64,000 nt of DNA from Blastocladiella emersonii ATCC 22665 (Eukaryota > Fungi > Blastocladiomycota). This document shows, piece by piece, positions 44,873-57,867 of this stretch (its first letter is position 1; each line of letters begins with the position of its first letter). The notes below the pieces were generated by a model. The model had not been told where the DNA came from. It made no database searches and saw only the letters and a program-made list of their open reading frames with translations. The translations under genes and the position numbers were made by a program. The stretch spans positions 248,001 to 312,000 of the forward strand of contig JANHCV010000011.1 in the NCBI GenBank assembly GCA_025594325.1, given 5' to 3'.

Positions 44873-46944
44873 ATGAACTCGCGCCATAGCGTAGCACCTG
44901 CACCGGCGTCCATCGCGTCGACGGCGCCGTCGAGCCGGCGGTCCGCGCGCACCGCCGCGTCGTCGTCACCGTCGTCGCGTGGGAGCGCCGTGCCCCCTCG
45001 CGACGGGCCCCTCCTGCCGCCGCCGTCCTCGGCAAGCGACTGGGACCTCGCATCCTCGGCGAGCGCGCACCACCGCATGTACCACGGCGGCGGCGGCGGC
45101 AGCCCGCGCAGCAGTGTCCGGAGCGGGTCCACGCGGCCGCGCCACGGTCACGGCGGGGTTGACCCCAACACCACCACGACCTCGTCGATCGCGTCGGCAG
45201 GCGCCGCGTCGCTCCTCGACGCTCTCGGCGCGCTCGAAGATCTCTCGCTTGACCTCAAGGTGCGTGCACCCCCGCTCCTCCGGGCCACCGCCGCTCGCTC
45301 ACGCCGCGCCGCCCGCAGTAGACGCGCAACGAGTCGCTCGACGTCCGCAACCGCGACCTCGCACACCAAGCGCGCGCCCTGGCGCAGCTCGAACACTCGT
45401 TAGCGCGCCGCGCCGCCGAACTCGACGCCCGCTCCGCAACTCTGGACGCGCGGGACCTCGACCTCGCCGACCGCGAGGACGCCCTCGCTCGCCGGCTCGC
45501 TGACTACGACGCGATGCTCGCCGCGCACGCCAAGTCGCTCGACGACGCCGATGCCGCGGCGTCGGGCACCGCGGCCCGTGTCGCGTCCCTCGAGGCGTAC
45601 GCGGCCGAACTCCAGGCGGCGCTGAGATCCGCTGCGAGGAATAATAAGCGCCTGCAGGTCTCGGTCCGCGAGCTCACGGGAGCGGCAAGAGCGATGCGCG
45701 ACGAGGTGGGCCAGCGCGACGCCGTCGTTGCCGAGCAGGCGGCGAGGGTGGACGCGCTCACGCGCGACTTGCGGCAGACCAAGACGCACCTGCGCACGCT
45801 CAAGCTCCAACAGCGTCCGGCAGCAGCGACAGCAGCGGACCCGGCACCCGACGCGGCGCGCACCGCGGTCCACCTGCGCGCCCAGATCGCGTCGCTGTCG
45901 ACCGATCTCGCCCAGGCCGACGTGCGCGCGCACCACCTCGAGTCGCAGCTCCTCGCCGTCGCCCGCACCCGCGACGTCGAGCGCGCGCACTTTGACACCG
46001 AGCGGTCGGCGCTGGTCGCGTTCGCCGAGGACCTCCTCGCCGTCCTCGCCGCCACACCCGCGACCCTCGCCGAGTCGGGCGTGCCGCCCGTTGGCGCTCT
46101 CCTCGAACGCGTCGCCGAGCACTACCCCGCGCACGTCCCCGCTCTCCTCGCCGCCCTCGCCGAAAGGCGGATCGGGATCCCGGACCCGTGGCGCGCCGTT
46201 GCCGTCCGCTGGATGCACGATGCCAAGCCCGGCAGCACCGCGGCCGTCCACGCCGCAGTGTGTCTCCTCGCTGACGGGCCGCGGCCACAGCGCGAGGATG
46301 ACCCGTACGCCGCGAGCGCGCGCGACGCACTCGCCGCCCTCGCCGTCGCGTCCGACACCCACCCGTCGCGCGTCCTCGCCGCGTGTCCCGCCCCGCTCCT
46401 CGCGCCGTGGCTCGCCGACCCCGGCTTCGCCGCGCCCGCGTCGTTTGTTCTCATCAACCTCGCGACCCACGACGCGGGGCGGTTTCTGGCGCACCTCGCC
46501 GTCGCGGAACCTCCATCCGCAACATCCTGCGCCCTCGACGACGCATCCGCCCTCGTCCTCGCGCGCCTCGCCGACGCCGGGATCGCGTACATCAGCCCCG
46601 ACTCGGCGTCCGCGTCCGCCGACCTGGTCCCGGCGCTCGCCGCAGACTTTGACCCGGCCCCCGCCGAGACGTGTGCCGCGGCGATCCGGCACCTCGCTGC
46701 GCACGACTCGCGGTGGCTCCGCGACCGTATGCCCCGCACGCTGCACCAGGCGCGACACGCGCTCGCGCTGTGCGGCGTCGCGGCGGTCAAGTGTCCGCCC
46801 GAGCCGTGGACGGGGCATGCGGGGCTCGCGGTCGTTGTGGATCATCTTTTGGGGATTGCGGCGATCGCGGTGGGTGAGGAGGGGGAGGGCGTCAGGATTC
46901 TTGACCCCGAGGTCGCGGGGGCGTTGTTCCATGCGGACGCCTAG
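44873..46944 (+). CDS. Ser-rich N-terminus + long coiled coil + helical (ARM/HEAT-like) C-terminus; intron near 45260-45320
   Basis: Two ORFs joined at 'DLSLDLK|gtgcgt..ag'; extensive heptads at ~45330-46030; Leu/Ala-rich helical C-terminus. Confidence 0.6.
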
Positions 46945-47005
46945 ACGGCGGCGTTGGGAGTTTGAGATGTGGGAGACTACGTTCTTTGTGTGTGTCTATA
47001 CTCTT

Positions 47006-48754
47006 TCATGGCGACCGGAGACACTGCAGCACCATCGTCCCCTCCTCGCCGACGGCCGCGACGAGACAGAACCGCGCGTCCTCGGCCTCAAACGTCTCGA
47101 CGGCCGCCATCCGCGCGGGCTCCGGCACCTTGACCGCCTTGATCCCGTCCTGGCTCGGGTTGAACTGGACGCGCGGCGCCATGACCCGTTCCATCCGGTC
47201 GCGCATCGCCCTTGGCCACGTCCGGCCCGTGTCCGCGAGCGATACGGGCGTCTCGGCGTCGACCGCCGCGACCCGCGCGCGCACGCGGCGGAGTACCTTG
47301 CACAGGTCCCACACGCCGACGCGCCCGTCGCCCGTCCCGCACGCGACGAGGCCGGATGGAGAGGGAGAGGCGAACTTGAAGAACCACAGGCTGTGCTTCG
47401 GGTACGTCAGGACGGCTAGGATGGGCACGCGCGGGCCGCGTTCCTACACTCTCGCGTGTCAGCCATGTCGACGCAGAGTACGCCGAGGACGTACGGGAAC
47501 ATTCGCATCCAGCCCCTCCAACGACGACGACCCGGCGTCCTCCGCATCCCCGTCCGCGGGCCGCCACAGCACGAGCTCGCCGTCAATCGACTTGGACAGC
47601 ACCGCGTCGCCGCCGACGTGCGCGACGCAGTCGACAAAGTTGGCGTGCGGCCACTGCGTCGTTGCGGCCGCGTGGTGCAGCTGGATCGGCGCCGCGGGGC
47701 GCGACGCGGCGAGGTGGTCGAGCTCGGCGTCCGTCGGTAGCGACCACACGCGCGCCGAGTTGTCGGCGCCGCCGGACACGATGCGCGGGAGGGTTGGGTG
47801 CCACGACTACAACTGGCGGTGTTAGTTTGGTGTGAGTTGGACGTGTGGCCGAGCGTACCAGCGACAGCACGCCCTGGCGGTGTCCGCCGATACCGCCGAG
47901 AACCATGAGGTGCGAGCCCGTTGCGAGATCGACGACGCGCACTGCGCAGTCTTTGCCCGCGACCGCCGCGAGGTGCCATCGGCGCGGGTGGATCTGGATC
48001 TCGTTGATCTCCTACACACATAGCTCTATCAGTGCCAATCCCGCAAAGCAACGACTTGGTCCCGTACGCCAGTGAACCCGCGCACCGTCGCGACGCACTT
48101 GCGCTGGGCCACGTTGAGAACCTGCAGCTGCGCGTTCTGCCCGCCGACGCAGCACAGGAGCTGGCCTGGACGGCCGAGCGCGGTGGCGGGGAGATCGGCC
48201 GGGGTCAGCGTGAAGGCGAGCGTGAAGAAGTGGTCGGGCGGCGCGCGGGTCGGTGTGACGATGGCGGCGTCGTCCTCGTCGCTCTCGCTCTCGCTCTCAG
48301 ACTCTGACAACTCGGGCTCAGGCTCCTCCTGTTCCGACTCGGACTCCGAGCTGAACGAGGACGGCTCGGACGACGACACGTTGCCCAGCCGGCTGCTCCT
48401 TCTGCGCTTGAACGGCGGCGGGTTGATCGGTGCGCGGGGTGGTCGGCGCTTGCGCGGCGCAGCAGTGTTCGACCGCGTCGCCGTCACCGAGCTCCACAGC
48501 GCGATCGGCTTGACGGTGATCCCCTTGCCCGGCTTCCCCGTCGGCGGCACGGCCAGCGTCACCTCGTACACCCACACGCCCGTGCCGGCGACGCCGACGG
48601 CGATCCGGTCGGGCGCCGTCGGCCACAGCGCGAGCCCGTACAGCACGTCGCGGCTCAGCTACCGTCAAGAGTCAGCCGTGGCCTCGGTGGAGCTGATAGA
48701 GGGAGAGCGGCGCACTCGCTGGACATGTTGCAAGAAGTCTTCATTCGCTTTCAT
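47006..48754 (-). CDS. EED: Polycomb PRC2 WD40 subunit EED/ESC/FIE-like; multi-exon
   Basis: 'GGIGGHRQGVLSL', 'IVSGGADNSARVWSL', 'HANFVDCVAHVGGDAVLSKSIDGELVLWRP', 'LWFFKF', 'ACGTGDGRVGVWDL' follow the EED motif order. Confidence 0.78.
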
Positions 48755-49109
48755 CGAGTCTCGTCGCGGCACGGGGTGCGTCGCGGAGCAGCGGCGCCGA
48801 TCCTTGCCTCGCCTGACGTCTCGCACCCCAGCGACTCCCCTCGACCGGACCCGAGGACTCCTCGAGGGACGGCCGCGGAGGTCGCGGTGGCGGCGCAGCA
48901 AGGCGAGCGAGCGATGGCAAGCTTATGTCTCCGCGTGGAGACAGCGACGCGTTCAACGGGCCACGTGGCGGGCGCGACGCGTCTCGCAGGCGGGCGCGCT
49001 CCGCCATCGCCGCTTCCTCTCTCTCTCTATCCGCTCCACATTGATTGTGCCACGAAATCATCCTCCCCGCCTGACTGAATGGAACCCTAAGCACACACGC
49101 ACCTACACC

Positions 49110-52100
49110 ATGGCGGGAACCAACCTCGGGCTCGACCCGCTCCCGCAGTTCGTGACGGGCGGCGACTCGGTGCTCACGTCGTTCGTGACGACGCCCGCGA
49201 GCGGGCTCGGCACGGCCTCTTCGACGGCGCCGCGCGGCCGCGCCGGGTCCAACGGGATCGGGTTCCTGGCCAACTCGGCCAACATCGCGAGCGGGCTCGC
49301 CGCTGGCACGCGACGGGGGAGCATCCTGTCGAGCCGCGCCAACGGACCCACCGCCTTCGAGAAGCTCGTCCCCAACTTTGTCAGCAAGCACGTCCGCGAG
49401 TACGTCGACGACCAGCTCAAGCGCATCAGCGAGGGCAAGGCGCTCGGCGCCAGCGGGGCCACCGCCGTCACGTCTACGGCGGCTGCGGCTACCGCGCACC
49501 TCGCGGGATCCGCCAAGGTCGTCGCGGTGCCCGCTATCGACATCAGCGTCATGTCCGCGCTACCGAAAAGCGGGACGGCCGAGCTCGCGCCGTGGCTCGA
49601 CAGCGAGCCGGCCTCGCCGTTCGACAAGTCGCTCGGGCTCAGCTTGACCCGGTCCTCGTCCATTGTCACGCCGCTCGAGGACAGCTTGTCGGCCGACAAG
49701 CGGCCGTCGTTTCCGACGAGCGGACTCACGCTCACCAACTCGGACGGGACCACCAAGTCGGCGCGCGGGCGCAAGAGCTCGAACCGAAGTACGTTTCCGC
49801 TCTCTTACCGCTCGACTGAGTGCTGACTCTGCGACGTGTAGAGGAGAAGAAGACGGCCATCGACATGAGCGAGATCGTGCGCAACCTGCAGCCCGTGGCC
49901 ATCGAGGGGTGGGCCGCCGTCGTCATGTGCGACGTCAGCGGGTACTCGTCACTCACCAGCTACCTCGCCGACCGCGGGCCCGACGGCGCCGAGATTATGA
50001 GCAAGATCATGAAGGGGTACCTCGACAAGGTCCCCTTTTCTGACCCTCATCTCGCACGCGACGAAGCACACTGACACATAAGCTCGCGTAGATCATCCAA
50101 ATCATCTCGCTGCACGGCGGCGACATCGTCAAGTTCGTCGGCGACGCTGTCATCTTCTACTGGAAGTACACGGAGCCGTCGGCGTCGTGGCTCAAGTTCG
50201 CCGAGACGCGGATCCGCGACGACCACCCGGACTGGCCCAAGGAGAAGATCGCCGAGTGGGTCGACCGCGCCAAGGCGCAGCGCCAGGGCTCGCCCGTCGT
50301 CAAGGCCGCCGAGTGCTGCCTCGACCTGCTCAACAAGCTCAAGAACTACCGCGTCAAGATCCCGCCGCTGCCCACGGACCCGCGCGGCGAGTCGGTCGAG
50401 CGCGAGCTCAAGATCCACCTCGGGATCGGCGCCGGCAAGATCTACGACGTGCACGTCGGCGGCAACCCGGGCCGCTGGGAACACTTTGTCGTGGGCGACG
50501 CCATGGAGCAGCTCGCCACGGTGCTCGACCTCGCCAAGCCCGGCCAGGTCGCGCTGTCGAAGAAGGCGTTCGAGTGGTTCAAGCACTGCGTGGTGCTCGG
50601 CCGCGTCAACCTCGAGTCGTACGACACGAAAAAGTGCTACATCCTGAACGGGCTCGACAAGACGGCCATCAACCTGATCCTGCCCGAGAACGAGGGCGAC
50701 GACGGCGACGACTTCATGGCGCTGTGGGACATCCAGCTCGGCGACCCGACCACCTCGGGCAACATCGAGCTGTACCGCCAGTACATCAACCAGTCGGCGC
50801 TCTTCAAGCTCGAGAGCGACATCCAGAGCGCCAGCCCGTTCCAGCTCAACCAGGGCGTCAACCACCTCATGTCCCTCAACGAGCTGCGCCAGGTCACCAC
50901 CGTCTTCATCAAGATCGGCAGTCTCTCGTTCGCCCCCGTCGAGGCCGTCGAGGAGGCCATCAAGGAGCAAGAGGCCTACATCTCCGAGCAGCACGCCAAC
51001 ATTTTGACGCTTGAGCGCGAGGTCGCCGCCCTCGAGTCCGAGCTCCAGGCCAAGGGCAGCCAGGAATCCGCCGCCGTCACCGCCGACGCGGCCACGCCGA
51101 CCGCCAACGAACCCTCGCCGACTACCCCGACCCCCGCGTCCGTGGCCGCGGGCAACCGCCGCAAACTCCTCACGGACCGGCAGGCGACGCTGCAGGAGGC
51201 GCGCACCGCCGTCGGATCGTCGCAGGCGGTGCTCGGCACGCTCAAGGTCGACCACGGCGTGGCCCTGCGCGAGGCGCTCGCGCGGTGCCAGGCCGCCATG
51301 ACGTCGGTCCAGGTCGCGCTGAAAAAGTACGAGGGCATCCTGCGTCAGTTCCACGTCGACGACAAGGGCGCCGTGATCCTCGCGTTTTTCGGGCTCCCGC
51401 CGCTCGCGCACAAGAACGACGCGACGCTCGGCGTCCAGGCCGCCATGATGATCTGCGAGGAGCTCAAGCGCCACTTTGAGGTGTTCTCGATCGGGTTGAC
51501 CACGGGTGTTGTCTCGATTGGTGGTGTCGGTAATTCGCTACGCACCGAGTACGCGCTGGTACGAACTTGGTCTCGCAGGGTCGTCGGCGGAGGCTGACAC
51601 GCGTCAGTTGTAGATGGGCGACTCGATCAACATGGCCGCGCGCCTGATGAGTCTCCCGGACGCGAAGCGCAACGTGGTGTGCGACGAGCGCACCTACAGC
51701 CTGTGCACGACGTCGTTCGAGTTCGAGGAGCTCGGCCAGGCCGTCGTCAAGGGCAAGGCCATGCCCATCAACATCTACCAGCCCGTGCAGCTCAAGGCCG
51801 TCGAGAAGCGCGAGGTCGACCGGTCGCCCACCTCGTCCATGATCGGCCGCGTCCGCGAGCAGCAGGCCGTCCACGATATCTTTGAGCGCCACGGCCGCGG
51901 CGGCGCCAGCAACTGCTCGATCCTTGTCGAGGGCGAGGGCGGACAGGGCGTCAGCACGTTCGGCGGGTTCGTACGGGATACGGCCGAGACGGCTGACTAC
52001 GCCATCTGGTACGCGCTCCGTTCGTTCTACCCGCGAAGCACCGCGGCCTGACACCGAACCCAATGTCTAGCATCGGCGCGTGCGTCGAGTCCGAGAAATC

Positions 52101-55100
52101 GACGCCGTACTTTGCCCTGCGCGGCGTGATCCGGGACCTGCTGCGGATCCTCGAAGAGTCGCAGCTCGGCGAGGACGGCGCGCTGCGCGTGAGCCCGCCC
52201 GGCGCCAACCTGTTCCGGCCGCGGTCGCTGCTCGCCTCGGCCATCCTCAACGCGTCGCGCGGCAAGCTCGGGCTGATCCAGTCGACGCGCGCGTCCAACG
52301 ACTCGGTCGCCAACCAGACGGCCGCCAACGGCCAGGTCGTCGCCCCGACCGACGTCGGGTTCCGCAGCTCAGACCAACACATCAGCGGTGGCGCGCAGCA
52401 GCAGCAGCCGACGAGCGACCGCGTCGAGACCGAGTTCGAGGGGCTCGCGAAACGCGCGCTGTCGCGGCTCCGCGAAACGAGCTACCCGGCGCGCGTCCTC
52501 GAGATCGTGTTCCCCGAAGAGTTCCCGAGCGATCTCGGCGGGAGCATGATGAACGTCGGCGCCGGCGGCGGCGGGATGTCGGGCGGGGGCGGTGGGGTCG
52601 GTGGCGGGGCGAGCGGCGGGTACGGCATGTTCGGGCGGCAGCAGGACCTGACGTCGATGCTGCAGAACGCGCTCAACGCGCTCAGCAACATCAACCGCCT
52701 CATGGTGATGCTGCCGGACGCGCACTTCATGGACCGCGCGTCGTGGGAGGTGCTGCGCGAGCTCGTCGAGTCGTGCCCGCGCGTCCTGTTCGTGGTGCTG
52801 TCGCACCCGGCTAAGCACCTGTCGCCCGTCGTCCTCGAGTACTACGAGCAGTACCGCAAGCTCGCGTCGCTCATCGTCCTGCAGGGCCTGTCGCAGGCCG
52901 AGGTCGGCGAGCTCGTCATGCAGTCGTTCAACCGGCTCGAGGTCAGCCAGGGCTCGGAGCGCGTCGCCACGTCCACGGACCCGCTGCTCGCCGCCAAGGT
53001 GTTCACGGTCTCGGGCGGCAACCCGCTGTTCGCTAGCTCGCTCGTCGTGTCGCTGCGCGAGAAGAGCTCGCTCGACGTTACCGAGACAGGCCGGCTCACC
53101 TTCTTCAGCCCGCCCGGGTCGCAGGGCAAGGCCATCGTGCTCGACGCCATCATGCCCGGGTCCGACCTGCACTCGCTCATCGTGTCGCAGTTCGACCGCC
53201 TCGACCCCATGTTCCAGATGTTCCTCAAGATCGCGTCGGTCCTCGGCCAGCACTTTATGCTGCGCGACGTGCTCGACTACTTTGAGATGGAGCAGCGCGA
53301 GGGCCAGGGCAACGAGCGCGGGAGCAACGGGGGCGCGCCGCTCGGGCACCGCGACACGGACGCGCTGATCCAGGACATCGACAAGTTTGACCGGTACGGG
53401 TTCCTGACGCTGTCGGGCAACCTCGAGGTGGGTGCGCTCGTGTCGTTCAAGAACACGATCATCCGCGACAGCATCTACTCGACGATGCTGATCGCGCAGC
53501 GGCAGGCGCTGCACCTCGGGTTCGCCAAGTTCTACGAGCGGCGGCTCGAGATTGCCGACTACGCGCACGACACGCAGCTGATCCTCAAGGTGTACGAGCA
53601 CTACCAGAAGGCCGAAGGCCAGACCGAGAAGAAGCTCGTCTACCTCGAGCGCGTCGCCCACCTCTACTTTGCCAGCCACTCGGTCAGCGAGGCCGTCGCA
53701 CACTACCGCGACCTGCTCACCATGCCGGCCATCCAGAAGTGGCCCATCGGCACCCGCGCGCTCCGTCTGCCGAGCGGCCGCGAGTTCACGTACCTCGACC
53801 GCTCGAGGTGGCACAAGGAGCTCGGCGACGCGTACATGATGCTCCACCGCCTCGCCGACGCCGAGGTCCACTTCACCCTCGCCCTCGCGTGGGTCGGCTA
53901 CTTTATCCCGACCAACCCGTGGATGCTCCACTTCAAGTCGTTCCTCGAGTACTGGAAGCTGAAACCGCCCAAGGCCCGCGCGGGGCTCCCGCGCTCCGCG
54001 TCGACCGCGTCGGCGGCGACCGACACTGCCTCGAGCCGGCGTGGCGGCGGCGGCGGGTCAACGACGGGTGCTGGCGGCGCTCCCGCTGCTGCCGGTGACG
54101 ACGCTGGTGGGGCCGCAGTCGAGAGCGCCATGCGGCTCCAGCGACTCCGCGGCGCGCTGCTGTCGCTCATCGAGCTGTGCTCGATCCAAGAGTTCACGGC
54201 GACGTGGCGGTTCCTCGTGTGGAGCGGCGCGACCATGTCGGCGCAGACCAACGACGACCCGGTCTCGGCCGCGCTCTTTGCGCTCGCCGGGTTCGCAGTG
54301 TACACGACCAAGAAGAACACGGCCAAGGCCATGGAGTGCATCGAGCACGGCCTCCTGATCGCCGAACGCGCGTCCGGGATCTCGACCGACTCGACGCTCA
54401 GCCACGCACCCGCAGCGGGCGCACCGGCGGCGGCGACAGGAGCGGCGGCGCCCGGGTCGACGATGCACGTCGCGCTCCCGGCCTCGTCCATGGCCATCGC
54501 GACGACGGCGGCCGCGCGCGCGGCCATCTCGAACGCAGTCGGCCCACCGCCGACGCCCATGTCGCCGCGCGTCCCGGGCGACCTCGACCCGGCCAACAAG
54601 CACCACTCGCTGAGCCGCGCGGCGCATTTCGGGCACTCGGCGACCGTGGTCACGACGCCGGCGGCCATCGACACGCGGCTAGCGAACGAGTCGACGCGCG
54701 CGCTCGCCGTCTCGATCGCGCTGACGTGTTCCGCGGCCATCGACCTGCTCGCGGGGCGGCTCATGTCGGCGCGCGACCGGTGCACGCGCGTGATGCGGCT
54801 CGCGGACGGGACGGGTGGCGCCATGGTCGTGTTCCGCGCGCAACGCATGCTGATCCTCATGGACCTGCTCGACGGGCGCCACGTCGAGTGCAAGGCCATG
54901 GCCAACGACCTGTGGATCCGCACCAAGGACCGGTCCCGCGACTCGCGGTTCTGGTCGCTCGCGAATATGGTCCTCCTCGATATCAACCTCAAGGGGCTCC
55001 GCAGCCACGCGCACGACCCGACGTTCCTTCACTTTGTCAACGATATGAAGCGACGTATCGCGCTGCTCTCCGAAGACTCGGCGGGCGGCGACTCGGGCGG

Positions 55101-55911
55101 CGGGATGGGGTCGGGCGCTGGTGGCGGGTCCGGCGGCGGGTCGGGCGCGAACCGCACGAGCGGGGCGGGTGCAGCAGCTGCCGCCGCGGCCGCGGCCGCC
55201 GTCGCGAGCGTGGTCCCCTCGGGCGCGTCGCTCGGGGCGAGCAATGCGGGCACGCTGCTCCACCACGGCGCGGGGTGCATCGGGCGGCGGCTCGTCGAGG
55301 TGTGGATGTCGCTCGAGTTCGAGTTCTGGCGGCGCAAGGCGACGGGCGCGACGGCGCCCGCGGTCGGCGGCGGCGGGGTCGCGCTGGGCGGGTCGGGCGG
55401 CGGGGCCGGGGCGGCCGACGACGGGTTCTTTGTCGACCGAATGAACCAGTTCGTCCTGCTGGTGCGCCAGATTGGCAAGATCCAGTTCCACGCGGTGATC
55501 GGGATCATCGGGACCGTGCACCTGATCAGCATGGCGTACGAGTCGGACCTGGTCAGCGTGTTCGGGTCGCGGCGGCAGGTCGTCGGCGTGCTGCGCGAGA
55601 CGATCCGCGCGCTCAAGGCGCGGTTCGCGGACGTGCCGTGGACGCGCTGGATCGTGATCCTCGCCGAGGGCATGAGCATGATCCTCGAGAACCGCAAGTC
55701 CCGCGCCCTCGCCATGTGGGAGGCCGAGGTCGCGGCGACCGTCAAGGCCGGCGAGATGGTCATGGGCGCGCAGCACGGCATCTGGCTCACCAAGGTCGTC
55801 GCCGCGAAGCTGTCCAAGTACTCGGAGGGCCGCGACCAGAAGTCGTCAGGCACCGACACGGCCGCCATGGGAGCGTCGCGCGCTGCGTTGAGGACGGTGC
55901 TGGATTCATGA
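49110..55911 (+). CDS. ADCY10: Soluble adenylyl cyclase type 10 (sAC/ADCY10)-like: tandem class III cyclase domains + STAND-like NTPase + helical/TPR-like region. Introns 49789..49841, 50030..50091, 51559..51613, 52009..52070
   Basis: C1 'VMCDVSGYSSLT', 'GGDIVKFVGDA', 'LKIHLGIGAG', 'HFVVGD'; C2 'NELRQVTTVFI', 'RQFHVDDKG', 'GDSINMAARLM'; later 'DAHFMDRASW', 'SGGNPLF', 'LKIASVLGQHF', 'SFKNTIIRDSIY'. Confidence 0.9.
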
Positions 55912-56482
55912 TAGCGGGCAGCAAAGTAGATTATAGACCACTGTACTTTCGTACTCGACACGGCACGCGTCGCCGACTTCCTGAGTGAGGTATCGCTCGT
56001 CGAGGACCGCGCGACTGAAAGAGGGGTGCGTGTCGCCTGAGCGGAACGCGGGCAAGAGAGAGACGACAGGCACACCAAAAATGATTCAGAATCAGCAAAC
56101 AAACGAAAGTACAGCAAAGAGAGAGGGACGGGTGATCGGAGTAAGGGGGGACTAGGGGAGGAAGGGAGGGACAGGAGGTGATATGCGCAATCAGGGCAAG
56201 TGGAGCTCGGTTCTCGTTACGCGGCAGTCGGGAGGGACGGGAGAGATCCGCGCACATGCGCAGGGGGGGGGGCGAACAGGTAGACTAGAGTGGGTGGGGA
56301 GAGGGGCCAGACGGCAGCGGCCCGAGTACGCGGCGGTCTAGGTGGTGGAGGGGGGAGGAGGGGTCGGTCGAGGTCGCGGTCTCGAACAAAGGGATAGGGA
56401 GGGTATGGGTTGCCCGGAGATGACGAGACCGAGGCGGAGGCCGAGAGTGCGCAGCGGCGGCGAGCGGTGGGGCGACACGGCC

Positions 56483-57181
56483 TTAGGCCATGTGCAGGTG
56501 CTGGAGGCCGAGCTGGCTCTCGTGCACGATGCGCTCGAGGACCGAGTTGAGCGCCTGGCGGCCAATGTGCGCGTTGTCCTTGAAGCGCTTGATGAGGGCG
56601 TCCTCGAGGTACGACGAGAAGCGCGACATGGACGCGGACACGGCGGCCTCCTGCACGAAGCTGGTGCGCGACGCGTCCTTGGGGTCGGGGCGGTACGTGA
56701 CCGTCTCGTCCATGGTGATGAGGTCGCGGAACGTCAGGTTGGTCGACACGGCCTTGTACGTCTGCGTGGCCAGGTCGATCTCGGAGACCTCGAGCACGTG
56801 GGTGACGGGCGCGCTGCTGCCGAACAGGCGCGCGACGAACATGGGGATGTTCTGGCGCAGCGTGAACAGGCGCTCGGTGCGGAGCACCTTGCGCTCCTCG
56901 TCGACCTCGCGGCGCAGCACGTCGACCGTCATGACGTGTGGTGTCCGCTCGTTCGGGTACTTTTGCCACACGGCGGCGGTCACGTAGCTCCAGGGGTGCC
57001 TAGACGACGGCGGCCCGGGTCAGTCCTCTGACGGAGCGACGGGCGGTACATACGGGTCCCGGCCCAGGCTGGGACGACGTGCGAGCACGCCAACCGGTGC
57101 CTGCAGCCGCCACAGCGGTGGCCGGTGGCCCGACTCCATGTGTACTTACGAGTAGAAGTGCTCGGAACTGTGAAGCTTCAT
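56483..57181 (-). CDS. PRELI/MSF1 (Ups2/PRELID3-like) mitochondrial lipid-transfer protein; intron ~57149..57001
   Basis: 'MKLHSSEHFYS|HPWSYVTAAVWQKYPNERTPHVMTVDVLRR..LRTERL', 'STNLTF', 'TYRPDP', 'F..NAHIGRQAL'. Confidence 0.88.
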
Positions 57182-57867
57182 GGTAGTGTGCGTGTGCGGG
57201 GGGTGGCCGAGGGTGTGCGGGTGCAGCGAGTCGGGGAGGCAGCAGCTCGGGGCTTAAGAGCGTGAGCGATCCGCAATACAGAGTCGAGTCGTTTGCGCCA
57301 AGTCGTCAGCACTCGCAGCAGCCCTCGGCGTCGGGATCTGTGACGGGGGCGGGCGAGATGGCCGCGCCGGCCGATCAACACGGCGGCGGCCGCCCGCGGC
57401 ACTCCCGGCGGCGCCCGGCCCCCGACGTCACTCGCGTGACTCTGCGTGCCGCCGGCTGAAATCGTCATGCAGCCTTGTCTCACGTCTCGCGCCACCCCCG
57501 TCACATGATTTCGAGGCGCGTCGCCGATCGCGTCGACGCCGGACCGCGGAGACCGCAATGCCGTCGCGGGTGACGTCGCCGACCCACACGCTAATGCGAG
57601 CGTCTCGCCCGCGCGCCCGAAATAGCGCACTAGCCCTTGAGCGGCGACGGAGCTCTCAGGGTGGCGCGACGCGCTCGTGCTCTCACTAAACGCTGCATGG
57701 AAGCCGATCAAAGACTCTCGCGTTTCCCGTTCTCCTAGCTAAAATAACACCGTGAAAACAAACTATTTCATTGAAGCTTGCACAAGGAACATGAAACCAA
57801 AACGATCGCTCGGCTTGAATCGCGAGCGCCGCGACGCAGAGCAGAGCAGAGCACTTCCGGACGCCGA

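Noticed and set aside
56255-56420. G-rich tract as a G-quadruplex element
   Set aside because: It is the complement of a pyrimidine-rich 3' UTR of the PRELI gene; similar tracts flank many genes here.
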